64,000 nucleotides of DNA from an uncultured Thermoleophilaceae bacterium (GCA_963720475.1 OY970394.1:619550-683549); one strand, 5' to 3'. Shown: positions 24,747-34,115, counted from the first letter of the stretch. Notes: a model not told the origin generated them from the sequence alone. Translations and numbers: made by a program.

Positions 24747-26525
24747 TCAGCGGTTGCGCTTGCGAATCGCGTCCAGCTTGGCCCACTCGAGCGTGTTGGC
24801 GACGTCGGCCGCCGTCATCCACGCGCGGCGGGCGGTCGCAACGCCGTAGGCCGTGTTGGCGAGCGTGTCGACTCCGTGGGCGTCGGCGCAGATCACGATC
24901 CGCGCACCCGCGTCGAGCGCCATCCGGGCGTTCACCTCGTTGAGATCACGCCGGTTCGGATTGGCGTTGATCTCGAGGAAGGTGCCGGTCTCGGCGGCGG
25001 CCGCGGCGACCTTCTCGAGGTCGATCGCGTAGGGCTCGCGCCGCCCGATCAGGCGGCCGGTCGGATGGCCGAGCGCGTCCACGAGCGGGTGCTCCAGCGC
25101 GGTCACCACGCGCTTCGTCATCTCGCGCTCGGACATCCGGAACGAGGTGTGGACGCTGGCGTGGACCCAGTCGAGCTCGGCCAGCAGTTCGTCGTCGTAG
25201 TCGAGCGAGCCGTCGGTGAGGATGTTCACCTCCGAGCCGGCGAGCAGCTTGAAGTCTTCGAGCTTGTCGTCGAGGGAGCGGACGGCCTCGATCGTCGCGC
25301 GCAGCTCGTCGGGCTGGACGTCGTCGCCGAACCCGTGCGAGGCCGAGTGGTCGGTGATCGCGAGGTAGCCGTAGCCGCGCTCCCGGGCGGCGGCCGCCAT
25401 CTCCTCGATCGTCTGGCGACCGTCGGAGGCGACGGTGTGCGAGTGGAGCTCGCCGCGGATGTCCTCGACCTTCACGAGCTCCGGCAGCGTCCGCTTGCGT
25501 GCGGCTTCGAGCTCGCCCCTGTTCTCTCGCAGCTCCGGCGGGATCAATTCCATCCCGAGCAGCTCGTAGACCTCCTCCTCCGTCGCGCAGGTGCGCGTCT
25601 CGCCGTCGGAGTCGTCCTTGATCCCGTACTCGCTGACGTGCAGGCCCTTCTTCACGGCCGCCGTGCGCAGCGCCTCGTTGTGCTTGCTCGAGCCGGTCAG
25701 ATGCTGGAGCAGGTTGCCGAAGCTCTCGGGCGCGACGACGCGGAAGTCCACCGCGAGGGCGTTGTGGGTCATCGCGCGCGCGCCCGCTTCGCCCGCACGC
25801 GAGGCCTCGGCGACGAGCGGCAGTTTGCAGAACGCGGTGGTAAGCGCCTTCGGATCGTTGGATGCCGCGACGAGGTCGAGGTCCTTGCAGCTTTCGGCCC
25901 AGCGGCGCGCGCTGCCCGCGACCTCGACACGCTCGGCGGCGGGGTGCTCGCGCAGCGCGTCCGCGAGCGACTCTCCGATCCCCAGCGCGTTCGACAGCAG
26001 TACGCGCGGCTTCGGCTGCGCGTCCACCCCCGCCGCGAGCGCCTCCAGCACGGTCTCCTCTGTCTTCGCCCCAAAGCCGGAGAGCTCGCGCAGCTTCTGC
26101 GTCTCGGCCGCGTGGCGCAGCTCCTCGACCGACGAGATGCCGAGCTCGTCGAAAAGCTTGCGTGCCCGCTTGGGCCCAAGGCCGGGGAGTCGGGTTATCA
26201 CGACGAGGCCCGGCGGGAACTTCTGCTTCAGCTTCTCGGCGGACGGGATCGCGCCGGTCTCGAGCAGCGTGTCGATCTTCTCCGCGATCGTCTTGCCTAC
26301 CCCGGAGAGCTCCTGGGCACGGCCCGCCTGCGCCAGCTCCGCGACCGACGAGGTCGACTCGCGAATCGCCTTGGCGGCATTGCGGTAGGCGACGACGCGG
26401 TGGACGATCGCGCCGTCGAGCTCGTAGAGGTCGCCGAGCTCGTCGAAGTGGAGCGCGATCTCGGCGTTCGAGAGCTTGCGCGCGCGCTTCGTCTTCGTCT
26501 TGGCCTTGGGCTTCGTCTTCGCCAT
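24747..26525 (-). CDS. polX: DNA polymerase X family protein with C-terminal PHP (histidinol-phosphatase-like) domain
   Basis: HhH motifs GVGKTIAEKI and LPGLGPKRARKL. PHP motifs ELHSHTVASDG and AITDHS. ATG at 26525 (MAKTKPKAK...). Confidence 0.9.
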   Translation of the reverse strand: MAKTKPKAKTKTKRARKLSNAEIALHFDELGDLYELDGAIVHRVVAYRNAAKAIRESTSSVAELAQAGRAQELSGVGKTIAEKIDTLLETGAIPSAEKLKQKFPPGLVVITRLPGLGPKRARKLFDELGISSVEELRHAAETQKLRELSGFGAKTEETVLEALAAGVDAQPKPRVLLSNALGIGESLADALREHPAAERVEVAGSARRWAESCKDLDLVAASNDPKALTTAFCKLPLVAEASRAGEAGARAMTHNALAVDFRVVAPESFGNLLQHLTGSSKHNEALRTAAVKKGLHVSEYGIKDDSDGETRTCATEEEVYELLGMELIPPELRENRGELEAARKRTLPELVKVEDIRGELHSHTVASDGRQTIEEMAAAARERGYGYLAITDHSASHGFGDDVQPDELRATIEAVRSLDDKLEDFKLLAGSEVNILTDGSLDYDDELLAELDWVHASVHTSFRMSEREMTKRVVTALEHPLVDALGHPTGRLIGRREPYAIDLEKVAAAAAETGTFLEINANPNRRDLNEVNARMALDAGARIVICADAHGVDTLANTAYGVATARRAWMTAADVANTLEWAKLDAIRKRNR

Positions 26526-26531
26526 CACCTC

Positions 26532-26538
26532 TAGGGTA
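26532..26538. promoter_or_regulatory. palindromic -10 element TAGGGTA (TAGGGT on +, TACCCT on -) shared by divergent polX and ppm1
   Basis: 10 nt upstream of ATG 26548 (+) and 6 nt upstream of ATG 26525 (-). The spacer is 22 nt and has no SD. Confidence 0.4.
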
Positions 26539-26547
26539 AGCGCCCCC

Positions 26548-27264
26548 ATGGGCGCGGCCTGGCTCATCCTGCCGACCTACAACGAGGCCGAGAACATCGA
26601 GCCGTTCATCGGCGCGGTCCTGCCGCGGCTCGCGGAGGCCTCGGCGGACCATCACGTCCTGGTGGTGGACGACTCCTCGCCCGACGGCACCGGCGAGATC
26701 GCCGACCGCCTCGCAGCCGAGCACGGTGCGGTCGAGGTCCTGCATCGCTCGTCGAAGGACGGGCTGGGGCGCGCCTACCTGGCCGGGTTCTCCTACGCGC
26801 TCGAGCGCGGCGCCGACCTGCTGCTCGAGATGGATGCCGACTTCTCACACGATGCTGCCGACATCCCGCGGCTGATCGCGGCCGCCGACGACGCCGATCT
26901 GGTGCTCGGGTCGCGCTACGTGGAGGGCGGCGGTGTGGAGGACTGGGGGTTTGTGCGTAGGGTCGTCAGCCGGGGCGGGTGCTGGTACGCACGCGTCGTG
27001 CTCGGGACGCCCGTGCGCGATCTGACCGGGGGGTTCAAATGCTTTCGCCGCGGGGTGCTCGAGCAGCTCGACCTCGAGACCGTCCACGCCGACGGCTACG
27101 GGTTCCAGATCGAGCTCACCTACCGCGCGCACCAGGCGGGCTTCCGGATCGTCGAGGTCCCGATCGTGTTCCGCGACCGCCAGGTCGGCACTTCGAAGAT
27201 GAGCGCGCGGATCGCGATCGAGGCAGTCTGGAAGGTGCCTGCGCTGCGCTGGCGGCGCGAGTAG
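26548..27264 (+). CDS. ppm1: polyprenol-phosphate mannosyltransferase (GT2, Ppm1/DPM1-like)
   Basis: LILPTYNEAENI, VVDDSSPDGT, EMDADFSH. Confidence 0.85.
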   Translation: MGAAWLILPTYNEAENIEPFIGAVLPRLAEASADHHVLVVDDSSPDGTGEIADRLAAEHGAVEVLHRSSKDGLGRAYLAGFSYALERGADLLLEMDADFSHDAADIPRLIAAADDADLVLGSRYVEGGGVEDWGFVRRVVSRGGCWYARVVLGTPVRDLTGGFKCFRRGVLEQLDLETVHADGYGFQIELTYRAHQAGFRIVEVPIVFRDRQVGTSKMSARIAIEAVWKVPALRWRRE

Positions 27265-27343
27265 TGTGCGGACCTCAGGCGGGATTCTGGACCTCGCTAT
27301 ACTTTTTGAAGTGACCCAAGTTTCGAGCGGCAAAGGAGCGACA

Positions 27344-27670
27344 GTGGCGGGAGCGATCGAGGACGTGACGGATGCCAACTTCCAGGCTGAGGTGCTCGAG
27401 TCCGAGACGCCCGTGCTGGTCGACTTCTGGGCCGCGTGGTGCGGCCCCTGCCGCGTGATCGCGCCCCATCTCGAGGAGATCAACAGCGAGCAGGACAACC
27501 TGCGCGTCGTGAAGCTCAACGTCGACGAGAACCCGCAGACTGCGGCGCAGTACCAGGTGATGGCGATCCCGACGCTGCTGCTCTTCAAGGGCGGTCAGGT
27601 CGCCCACACGATCCGCGGCGCGATGCCGAAGAAGCGGCTCGAACAGGAGATCGAGCCGGCGCTAGCGTAG
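27344..27670 (+). CDS. trxA: thioredoxin
   Basis: 108 aa, GTG start after the AAAGGAG SD. VLVDFWAAWCGPCR active site. Confidence 0.92.
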   Translation: MAGAIEDVTDANFQAEVLESETPVLVDFWAAWCGPCRVIAPHLEEINSEQDNLRVVKLNVDENPQTAAQYQVMAIPTLLLFKGGQVAHTIRGAMPKKRLEQEIEPALA

Positions 27671-29188
27671 GCGCAGGCGCCGCTCTATTTTCGCGCTGCG
27701 GCCGGCGAAGTCGCGCGCGGACGCGACCACCCGGATCGATACCGAGCGCTTGTCCCGCAGACGCTCGACGGCGGCCCTGCGTGGTCGCATACGCACCTGT
27801 TTGACCTGACCGACGACGCGGCTCCGCTTCGAGATCGTCAGCCGCTTGCGCGCCGCGCCCGAACGCGCGCTGCGGCGAGGGGCAACCTTCGTCTCGACGC
27901 GTAGCTCCACCTTCGCCGGCGAGGAAACGCGGACGTCAGCCTTCAGCCCCCGTCGGCGGAGGCTCCCCAGCGATTGCTTCGGCGCGAGCGTGAGGTCCAG
28001 CTTCAGCGGTCTGCCCTGGCGGAACGGCCCGCTGACCTCGTAGATCGCACCCGTCCCCAGCGCACGCTGAGAGGAGAAGTACATCCGCGATCCGGACGGA
28101 TCGAACACTACCCCGGTGAGCTCGGACTCCTCGTGCTCGAGGCCCGTCAGCTTCAGGAAACGCGCGACCTCGCGGTCCGGGGTGATCATGCAGATGTCGA
28201 GGTCGTCCCCATCCTCTGCGACGAACACGTCGCCGGACTGCTCGGCGACCGTGACGTTGTCGACTCCGCGCAGCGGAGGATCGGACAACGTCCTGGCGTC
28301 GTAGAGAACCTCGAGCTGCTCCGCGACCGTGTCGTAGGCCCAGACCTTGTTGTCGGAGGTCGTGGTCATGTAGACGATGTCCGAGTCGAACCAGATCCCT
28401 TCACCGCGCGCGAACTTCGCCGCGCCGGGCACCTGCTTGCGCGTCGGGGTGCGAGTGGCTAGCGGGTCGGGGACCTGCTTCCAGGTGACGGGTCCGCCGG
28501 CGCCTCCTACGACCGCGATCTCGAGCGTCCCCTCCGACAGGTCGGGATACGACTTCGGAGTGAAGCGGTAGAAGCCCGCGTCGCCGAGGTCTTCGGTCAG
28601 GTAGAGCCGCTTGCCGACGGGATCGGCGCAAACCGCCTCGTGCTGGAAGACCCCCATCGCCGGGCGCTCGACGGCCTGCTTGCGCCCGAACGGGTCGCAC
28701 TCCCAGACGGTCCCCTGCTCGTGCTCCTCGCACGAGAGCCAGGTGCCCCAGGGCGTGCGACCGCCGGCGCAGTTCGTCTGCGTGCCGGAGAGGATCCGAT
28801 AGGCGCCCTTGATCTGCCCCTGGTCGTTGAAGCGGATCGCGGACGCACCGCCGCCGCCGGGCAAGGGGACCTCGGAGTTCGAGACGAGGATCCAGCCGTT
28901 GTCCTCCGTCGCGTAGGTCGCCTGCCCGTCGGAGAAGATGTGCCACGGGTAGCCGGCGTTCTGGACGGGCAGCAATCCACGGGCGATCAAGCGCGAGCGG
29001 AACCCGGCGGGCAGCATGAGGCCGTTTGCGTCGGCCGCCCGCAGCGCGCCGTAGGGCCCCGCGCCGGGCTTGGCCGGGGCGGCTGCGAACGCCTGGCGCC
29101 AGAACGAGGGCCCGAGCGCGAGCACTCCGGCGCTGGCGACCCCCGTGCCGATCAGCCTCCTGCGCGTGAGCGAACCGCCCGTGGCCAT
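27662..29188 (-). CDS. Tat-exported PhoX/DUF839-family protein (putative phosphatase) with a basic C-terminal beta-rich extension
   Basis: MATGGSLTRRRLIGTGVASAG (twin-arginine signal); GTQTNCAGGRTPWGTWLSCEEHE. Confidence 0.8.
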   Translation of the reverse strand: MATGGSLTRRRLIGTGVASAGVLALGPSFWRQAFAAAPAKPGAGPYGALRAADANGLMLPAGFRSRLIARGLLPVQNAGYPWHIFSDGQATYATEDNGWILVSNSEVPLPGGGGASAIRFNDQGQIKGAYRILSGTQTNCAGGRTPWGTWLSCEEHEQGTVWECDPFGRKQAVERPAMGVFQHEAVCADPVGKRLYLTEDLGDAGFYRFTPKSYPDLSEGTLEIAVVGGAGGPVTWKQVPDPLATRTPTRKQVPGAAKFARGEGIWFDSDIVYMTTTSDNKVWAYDTVAEQLEVLYDARTLSDPPLRGVDNVTVAEQSGDVFVAEDGDDLDICMITPDREVARFLKLTGLEHEESELTGVVFDPSGSRMYFSSQRALGTGAIYEVSGPFRQGRPLKLDLTLAPKQSLGSLRRRGLKADVRVSSPAKVELRVETKVAPRRSARSGAARKRLTISKRSRVVGQVKQVRMRPRRAAVERLRDKRSVSIRVVASARDFAGRSAKIERRLRLR

Positions 29189-29241
29189 GGCTCTTATCGA
29201 ACCACGGATGGGGACCATCCGGTGAAGGTTCGGTTATCGCC

Positions 29242-32200
29242 CTACGCGCGCTCGAGCGCGATACGGAGCTCGCTGCCGCCGATCGTCGTGGTGGTCCCGC
29301 CGTCAGCGTCACCAAACGCGAGTGACGTCGCGAGGGTCTCGCCCGCCACGTAGGCCTCATGCTCGCGGGCGGCCTCGATCAACTCCGAGTCGCCTCCGAG
29401 CGAGAGCGAGATCCGGTCCTCGACCGCGAGGCCCGCGTCCTTGCGCGCCGCCTGAACCGCGTGTACGACCTCGCGCGCAAGACCTTCGCGACGGAGCTCG
29501 TCGTCGAGCTCGAGGTTCAGCGCGACGGCGTGCGTGCCCGCACGCTCGACCTGGTAGCCCTCGAGCGGCTGCAGCGCGAGCTGCACGTCGTCCGCCGACA
29601 ACGGGTGCTCCTTGCCGTCGACGGCAATCCCGACGCTGCCGCCCTCGCGCAATGTCGCCGCCGCGCGGCCGGCGTCGAGCGCGGCGACCGCGGCGGCCAC
29701 CTGGGGCATCTGCTTGCCGAACCGCGGCCCGAGCGTGCGGTAGTTCGGCTTGAGCTCCCAGCGGCCGAGCTCGTGCGCCTCCGAGACGAACCGAACCTGC
29801 TTGACGTTCAGCTCGTCGAGCACGACCTCCTCGAAGCGCTCGAGTGCCGCGCGCTCGCGGTCGGCCGCGACGATCACGGCCTCCCCGAGCGGCTGGCGGA
29901 CCTTGACCTTCGCCTGAGCGCGGGCCGCGCGGCCGAGCTCGACCGCTTCGCGCGCGACGGCCATCGCGTCCTCGAGCTCCTCGTCGCGCTCGCCGCCGGG
30001 CGGATAGTCGGTCAGGTGGACCGAAGGCTCGGCGCCGTCGAGCTTCGTGTAGATCTCGTCGGCGACGAAGGGGATCAGCGGCGCGAGCAGGCGGCTGACG
30101 GTGACGAGGCATTCGCGCAGCGCGGCGAAGGCGACCGGGTCGCCGTCCCAGAAGCGTCGCCGCGAGCGGCGGACGTACCAGTTCGAGAGGTCGTCCACGA
30201 ACGTTGCGATCGCGCGGCCGGCGGTCGTCGTGTCGTAATCCTCGAGACGCTCGGTGGCGATCGCCACGGTCGCGTGAAGGCGCGAGATCACCCAGCGGTC
30301 GAGGTCGGTCCGTCCGCCGGAGGCGTCCTCCTCGACGTCGTTCGCGTTCGCGTAGAGGACGAAGAAGGCGTACGTGTTCCACAGCGTGAGGATGAACTGG
30401 CGCACGCTCTCGCCCACCGTCTCGACCGAGAAGCGGTAGCCGTCCCAGGGCTGCTTCGAGGTGAAGTAGTACCAGCGGAACGCGTCGGCGCCGTGGGCGT
30501 CGATCACCTCCCAGGGCACGACGACGTTGCCGCTCGACTTGGACATCTTCTGGCCGTCGGGATCGAGGATGAGGCCGAGGCAGAGCACCGTCTCGTACGA
30601 CGAACGGCCGTAGAGCAGCGTCGACACGGCAAGCAGTGAGTAGAACCAGCCGCGCGTCTGGTCGAGCCCTTCGCAGATGTAGTCGGCCGGGAAGCGCTCG
30701 TCGAACTTGTCGGCGTTCTCGAACGGGGCGTGCCACTGGGCGAACGGCATCGAACCGGAGTCCCACCAGGCGTCGATCACCTCTGGCACGCGGCGCATCT
30801 CTCCGCCGCACTCGCCGCAGGCGAAGGTCACCTCGTCGATGTAGGGCCTGTGGAGATCGTCCGGCACGGCGTCCGCCCCGGCGAGCCCGCGGAGCTCCTC
30901 GATCGATCCGACGCAGACACAGTGGTCCTCGCCGCAGCGCCAGATCGGCAGCGGCGTGCCCCAATAGCGCTCGCGCGAGAGCGCCCAGTCGACGTTCGAC
31001 TCGAGCCACTTGCCGAAGCGGCCGTGCTTGATGTGGGCGGGGTGCCAGGTGATCCCCTCGTTCGCCGCGAGCAGCTCGTCGCGGATCGCCGTCGTGCGCA
31101 CGTACCAGCTGGTCTTCGCGTAGTAGAGGAGGGGAGTGCCGCAGCGCCAGCAGTGCGGATACGAGTGCTCGTAGGTCTCCGCCCGCAACAGGCGGCCCGA
31201 CTCCTCGAGCGCCTTGACGATGTCCGGGTCGGCGTCCTTGACGGAGCGCCCCGCGAACGGCTCGATCCGTTCGTCGAAGGTCCCGTCGTCGCGAACCGGG
31301 TTCTGGATCGTCAACCCGTACTGCTCACCGAGCCGGAAGTCGTCCTCACCGAAGGCAATGGCCGTGTGGACGACACCGGTGCCGTCCTCGGTCGTGACGA
31401 AGTCGGCCTCGAGCACGGTGTGCCCGCGCTCGCCGAAGTCGCTGACGTACGGGAACGGCGGCTCGTAGCTGATGCCGGCGAGCTCGGAACCCTTGAATGG
31501 CGAGCTTGTCTCGACGCCCTCGCCGAGAACCGGCTCGACGAGCGCCTGGGCGAGGATCAGCGTCTCCCCATCCACGCGCGCGCGCACGTAGTCGACGTCT
31601 GGGTTGACCGCGAGCGCGGCGTTCGACAAGAGCGTCCACGGGGTCGTCGTCCAGGCGAGCAACGAGGTGCCGCCTTCGCCCTCGACCGGAAAGCGGACGT
31701 AGACCGACGGGTCGGTGACGTCCGCGTAGCCGGACGCGACCTCGTGCGAGGAGAGCGCCGTGCCGCAGCGCGGGCAGTACGGGACGACCTTGTGGCCCTC
31801 GTACAGGAGATCCTTGTCCCAGACCTGCTTGAGCGACCACCAGACCGACTCGACGTACTCGTTCGCGAGCGTTACGTAGGCGTCGCCGGTGTCGATCCAG
31901 AAGCCGATCCGCTCGGTCAGCCGGTCCCATTCGTCGATATAGGCGAAGACCGACTCGCGACACTTCGCGTTGAACTCGGCGATTCCGTACGCCTCGATGT
32001 CCTCCTTCGACTGGATCCCGAGCTCGCGCTCTACCTCGAGCTCGACCGGCAGGCCGTGGCAGTCCCAGCCGGCCTTGCGATGGACCGTATGGCCGCGCAT
32101 CGTCTTGAAGCGCGGGAAGACGTCCTTGAAGACACGGGCCAGCACGTGGTGCGAGCCGGGCCGGCCGTTCGCAGTCGGCGGACCCTCGTAGAAGACCCAT

Positions 32201-32331
32201 TCCGGGGCGCCCTCGGCCTCGCGCCGCCGCACGGACTCCGCGAAGACGTCGCGCTCGCGCCAGCGCTCGAGAACCGACTCCTCGAGAGCGGGGAACGATT
32301 GCTGGGGGTCTACCGGCTCGTAGCGGGGCAA
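29242..32331 (-). CDS. ileS: isoleucine--tRNA ligase (type 2, eukaryote-like)
   Basis: 1029 aa with PPTANGRPGSHHV (HIGH) and KMSKSSGN (KMSKS). The only in-frame start is TTG at 32331. Confidence 0.95.
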   Translation of the reverse strand: MPRYEPVDPQQSFPALEESVLERWRERDVFAESVRRREAEGAPEWVFYEGPPTANGRPGSHHVLARVFKDVFPRFKTMRGHTVHRKAGWDCHGLPVELEVERELGIQSKEDIEAYGIAEFNAKCRESVFAYIDEWDRLTERIGFWIDTGDAYVTLANEYVESVWWSLKQVWDKDLLYEGHKVVPYCPRCGTALSSHEVASGYADVTDPSVYVRFPVEGEGGTSLLAWTTTPWTLLSNAALAVNPDVDYVRARVDGETLILAQALVEPVLGEGVETSSPFKGSELAGISYEPPFPYVSDFGERGHTVLEADFVTTEDGTGVVHTAIAFGEDDFRLGEQYGLTIQNPVRDDGTFDERIEPFAGRSVKDADPDIVKALEESGRLLRAETYEHSYPHCWRCGTPLLYYAKTSWYVRTTAIRDELLAANEGITWHPAHIKHGRFGKWLESNVDWALSRERYWGTPLPIWRCGEDHCVCVGSIEELRGLAGADAVPDDLHRPYIDEVTFACGECGGEMRRVPEVIDAWWDSGSMPFAQWHAPFENADKFDERFPADYICEGLDQTRGWFYSLLAVSTLLYGRSSYETVLCLGLILDPDGQKMSKSSGNVVVPWEVIDAHGADAFRWYYFTSKQPWDGYRFSVETVGESVRQFILTLWNTYAFFVLYANANDVEEDASGGRTDLDRWVISRLHATVAIATERLEDYDTTTAGRAIATFVDDLSNWYVRRSRRRFWDGDPVAFAALRECLVTVSRLLAPLIPFVADEIYTKLDGAEPSVHLTDYPPGGERDEELEDAMAVAREAVELGRAARAQAKVKVRQPLGEAVIVAADRERAALERFEEVVLDELNVKQVRFVSEAHELGRWELKPNYRTLGPRFGKQMPQVAAAVAALDAGRAAATLREGGSVGIAVDGKEHPLSADDVQLALQPLEGYQVERAGTHAVALNLELDDELRREGLAREVVHAVQAARKDAGLAVEDRISLSLGGDSELIEAAREHEAYVAGETLATSLAFGDADGGTTTTIGGSELRIALERA

Positions 32332-32341
32332 GCGGGGGAGT

Positions 32342-32947
32342 CTACGAGCGCCCTTCGGCCATCGCCGAGCGCAGCAGCGCGAGCGCCGACCAGCGCATGA
32401 GTTCAGCCGCCTGCGGCCGCGAAAGCCCGGCCACGTCGGTCAGCCAAACGAGTGCCTCGATCCCGCATGCCGCCCGGATCGCCAGGGCTAGGCGCCGCAG
32501 CTCCGAGCCCGCCAGCTGTTCTCGCAGCGGCACGAGCGCCTCCTCGATCCAGCCGATCGCGCGGCCTTGGCGGAGCACGAGCTCGTCCTCGGTCCGCGGG
32601 TCCAACGACAGCCGCAGAGCCGTACGGAGCGCGGGCTCGTTCTCGATCGTAATGCGTGTGAGCTCCGTGATCGTGCGATCGAGTCGCGCCTCGGGGTCGG
32701 CGGGTGCCTCGCCATCGAGCAGCGTCGTCGCCTCGATGACCGGATACGCCGCGGCCGCCAAGGCGTGCCTGTTGGGGAAGTAGCGATAGGCAGTAGCGCG
32801 GGAGACACCGGCCGCCTCAGCGGCCTCCTCCACCGACGGGCTGGTGCCCTGCCTCAGGAGCTCGCGGGCAGCATCCACCAGGGCGGTGCGGGTGCGCGCC
32901 TTCTGTTGTGTGCGGCCGGTCTGGGTATATGAGATTGCGATTCTCAT
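32342..32947 (-). CDS. TetR/AcrR family transcriptional regulator
   Basis: 201 aa with N-terminal HTH VEEAAEAAGVSRATAYRYFPN. Confidence 0.85.
   Translation of the reverse strand: MRIAISYTQTGRTQQKARTRTALVDAARELLRQGTSPSVEEAAEAAGVSRATAYRYFPNRHALAAAAYPVIEATTLLDGEAPADPEARLDRTITELTRITIENEPALRTALRLSLDPRTEDELVLRQGRAIGWIEEALVPLREQLAGSELRRLALAIRAACGIEALVWLTDVAGLSRPQAAELMRWSALALLRSAMAEGRS
32929..32947. promoter_or_regulatory. imperfect palindrome overlapping the tetR start codon (candidate autoregulatory operator)
   Basis: ATGAGAAT-CGC-AATCTCAT (minus strand), with 7 of 8 arm positions complementary, in an AT-rich patch. Confidence 0.25.
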
Positions 32948-32999
32948 TATGATACAGTAGTCTCACGACGGACAGAGGCAGGACCGACGAGGAGGCGAT

Positions 33000-33527
33000 G
33001 TGACAGCTCAAGAGACCACCAACAAGCGCGGCGCACTCGTGTTGGACCGAGGTGAGGGCGAGGCCTTGTGGTTCAACAACGACCTGCTCACCTTGAAAGC
33101 CACGACGGCCCAGACGGGCGGGGCCTTTGCTCTTGTCGAGGAGCTCGCGCGCCGGGGCAAGGTGACGCCGCTCCATACCCACCCGGACATAGACGAGACG
33201 TTCTACATGCTCGAGGGCGAGGCGCTGCTGCACGTCGACGGCAGCGAGCTGAGGCTGTCGGCCGGCGGCTTCGCCTCGGTGCCGCGCGGAGTGCCGCACG
33301 CATACGTGGTCACCTCCGAGGTGGCGCGCGTGCTCGTCATGATCACGCCCGGCAGTGAAGCGATGGAGGAATTCTTCCGCGACGCGGGCGAACCGGCCGA
33401 GACGCAGGAGCTTCCTCCCGACGGACCGTTGGACATCGAGCGGATCGGCGCGGCGGCGGAGCGCACGGGAGCCGTGAAGATCCTGGGGCCACCGCCCTTC
33501 GGCGACGCGGACGGGAGCGGCGTATGA
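33000..33527 (+). CDS. cupin domain protein
   Basis: 175 aa, GTG start after the GAGGAGG SD. PLHTHPDIDETFYMLEG...VPRGVPHAY. Confidence 0.8.
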   Translation: MTAQETTNKRGALVLDRGEGEALWFNNDLLTLKATTAQTGGAFALVEELARRGKVTPLHTHPDIDETFYMLEGEALLHVDGSELRLSAGGFASVPRGVPHAYVVTSEVARVLVMITPGSEAMEEFFRDAGEPAETQELPPDGPLDIERIGAAAERTGAVKILGPPPFGDADGSGV

Positions 33528-34102
33528 GCCCGGGACGAAAGCTCGGCATCACAACGATCGCGCTCGCCGGCACACTTGGCCTGTCGGCGCTGGTGGCCCC
33601 GAACACGGCCTCGCCAACGCATAAGCAAGGGGTTGACGAGGACGGCCGGCAGAACATCAAGATGACCTGGTGGGTCAAGAGGATCGCCGTCGCTCGCAAC
33701 GAGGACGGACAGCAAGACGTTCTCAGCGGAGACGGAAAGCCGTTCGGACGCGTGACGATCAACATGCAGACGCCGGAGAAGTACATCGGCGACGACGAGA
33801 AGCTGGTGAGCTTCGTCCTCTTCCCATGGAAAGGGCATCGTGGCCGGGACGTCGCCGGCTACATCCCGGTCAAGAACACCATCATCAGCGCGACCAGCAG
33901 CTGGCAGAAGGAGCGCGTCGAGCTCAACGACAGTGTCGGTGTGTTCGAGCAGCAGGAGGAGGAACCCGACGGTCCGAAGGCGAGGCGCTACAGGGGCAGG
34001 ATCACGAAATTCTCAGGCGTCCTGAAGTGCTACTACGCCAGCCGGACCTGCACAGGCACCATCGCCGTGCGCGGCTGGTTCCAGCCGTTCGCAAAGGACT
34101 AG
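33524..34102 (+). CDS. secreted hypothetical protein (no family recognised)
   Basis: 192 aa with an ATGA overlap with the cupin gene. Signal-like ITTIALAGTLGLSALVAP. Lower GC: 73 G+C in 120 nt by hand count at 33601-33720. Confidence 0.55.
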   Translation: MSPGRKLGITTIALAGTLGLSALVAPNTASPTHKQGVDEDGRQNIKMTWWVKRIAVARNEDGQQDVLSGDGKPFGRVTINMQTPEKYIGDDEKLVSFVLFPWKGHRGRDVAGYIPVKNTIISATSSWQKERVELNDSVGVFEQQEEEPDGPKARRYRGRITKFSGVLKCYYASRTCTGTIAVRGWFQPFAKD

Positions 34103-34115
34103 GACACCGGGTCGG

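Noticed and set aside
32332-32341. T-box leader expected upstream of actinobacterial ileS.
   Set aside because: Only 10 nt separate ileS from the upstream tetR gene, so there is no space for a T-box. This is reported instead as an observation about the unusual linkage.
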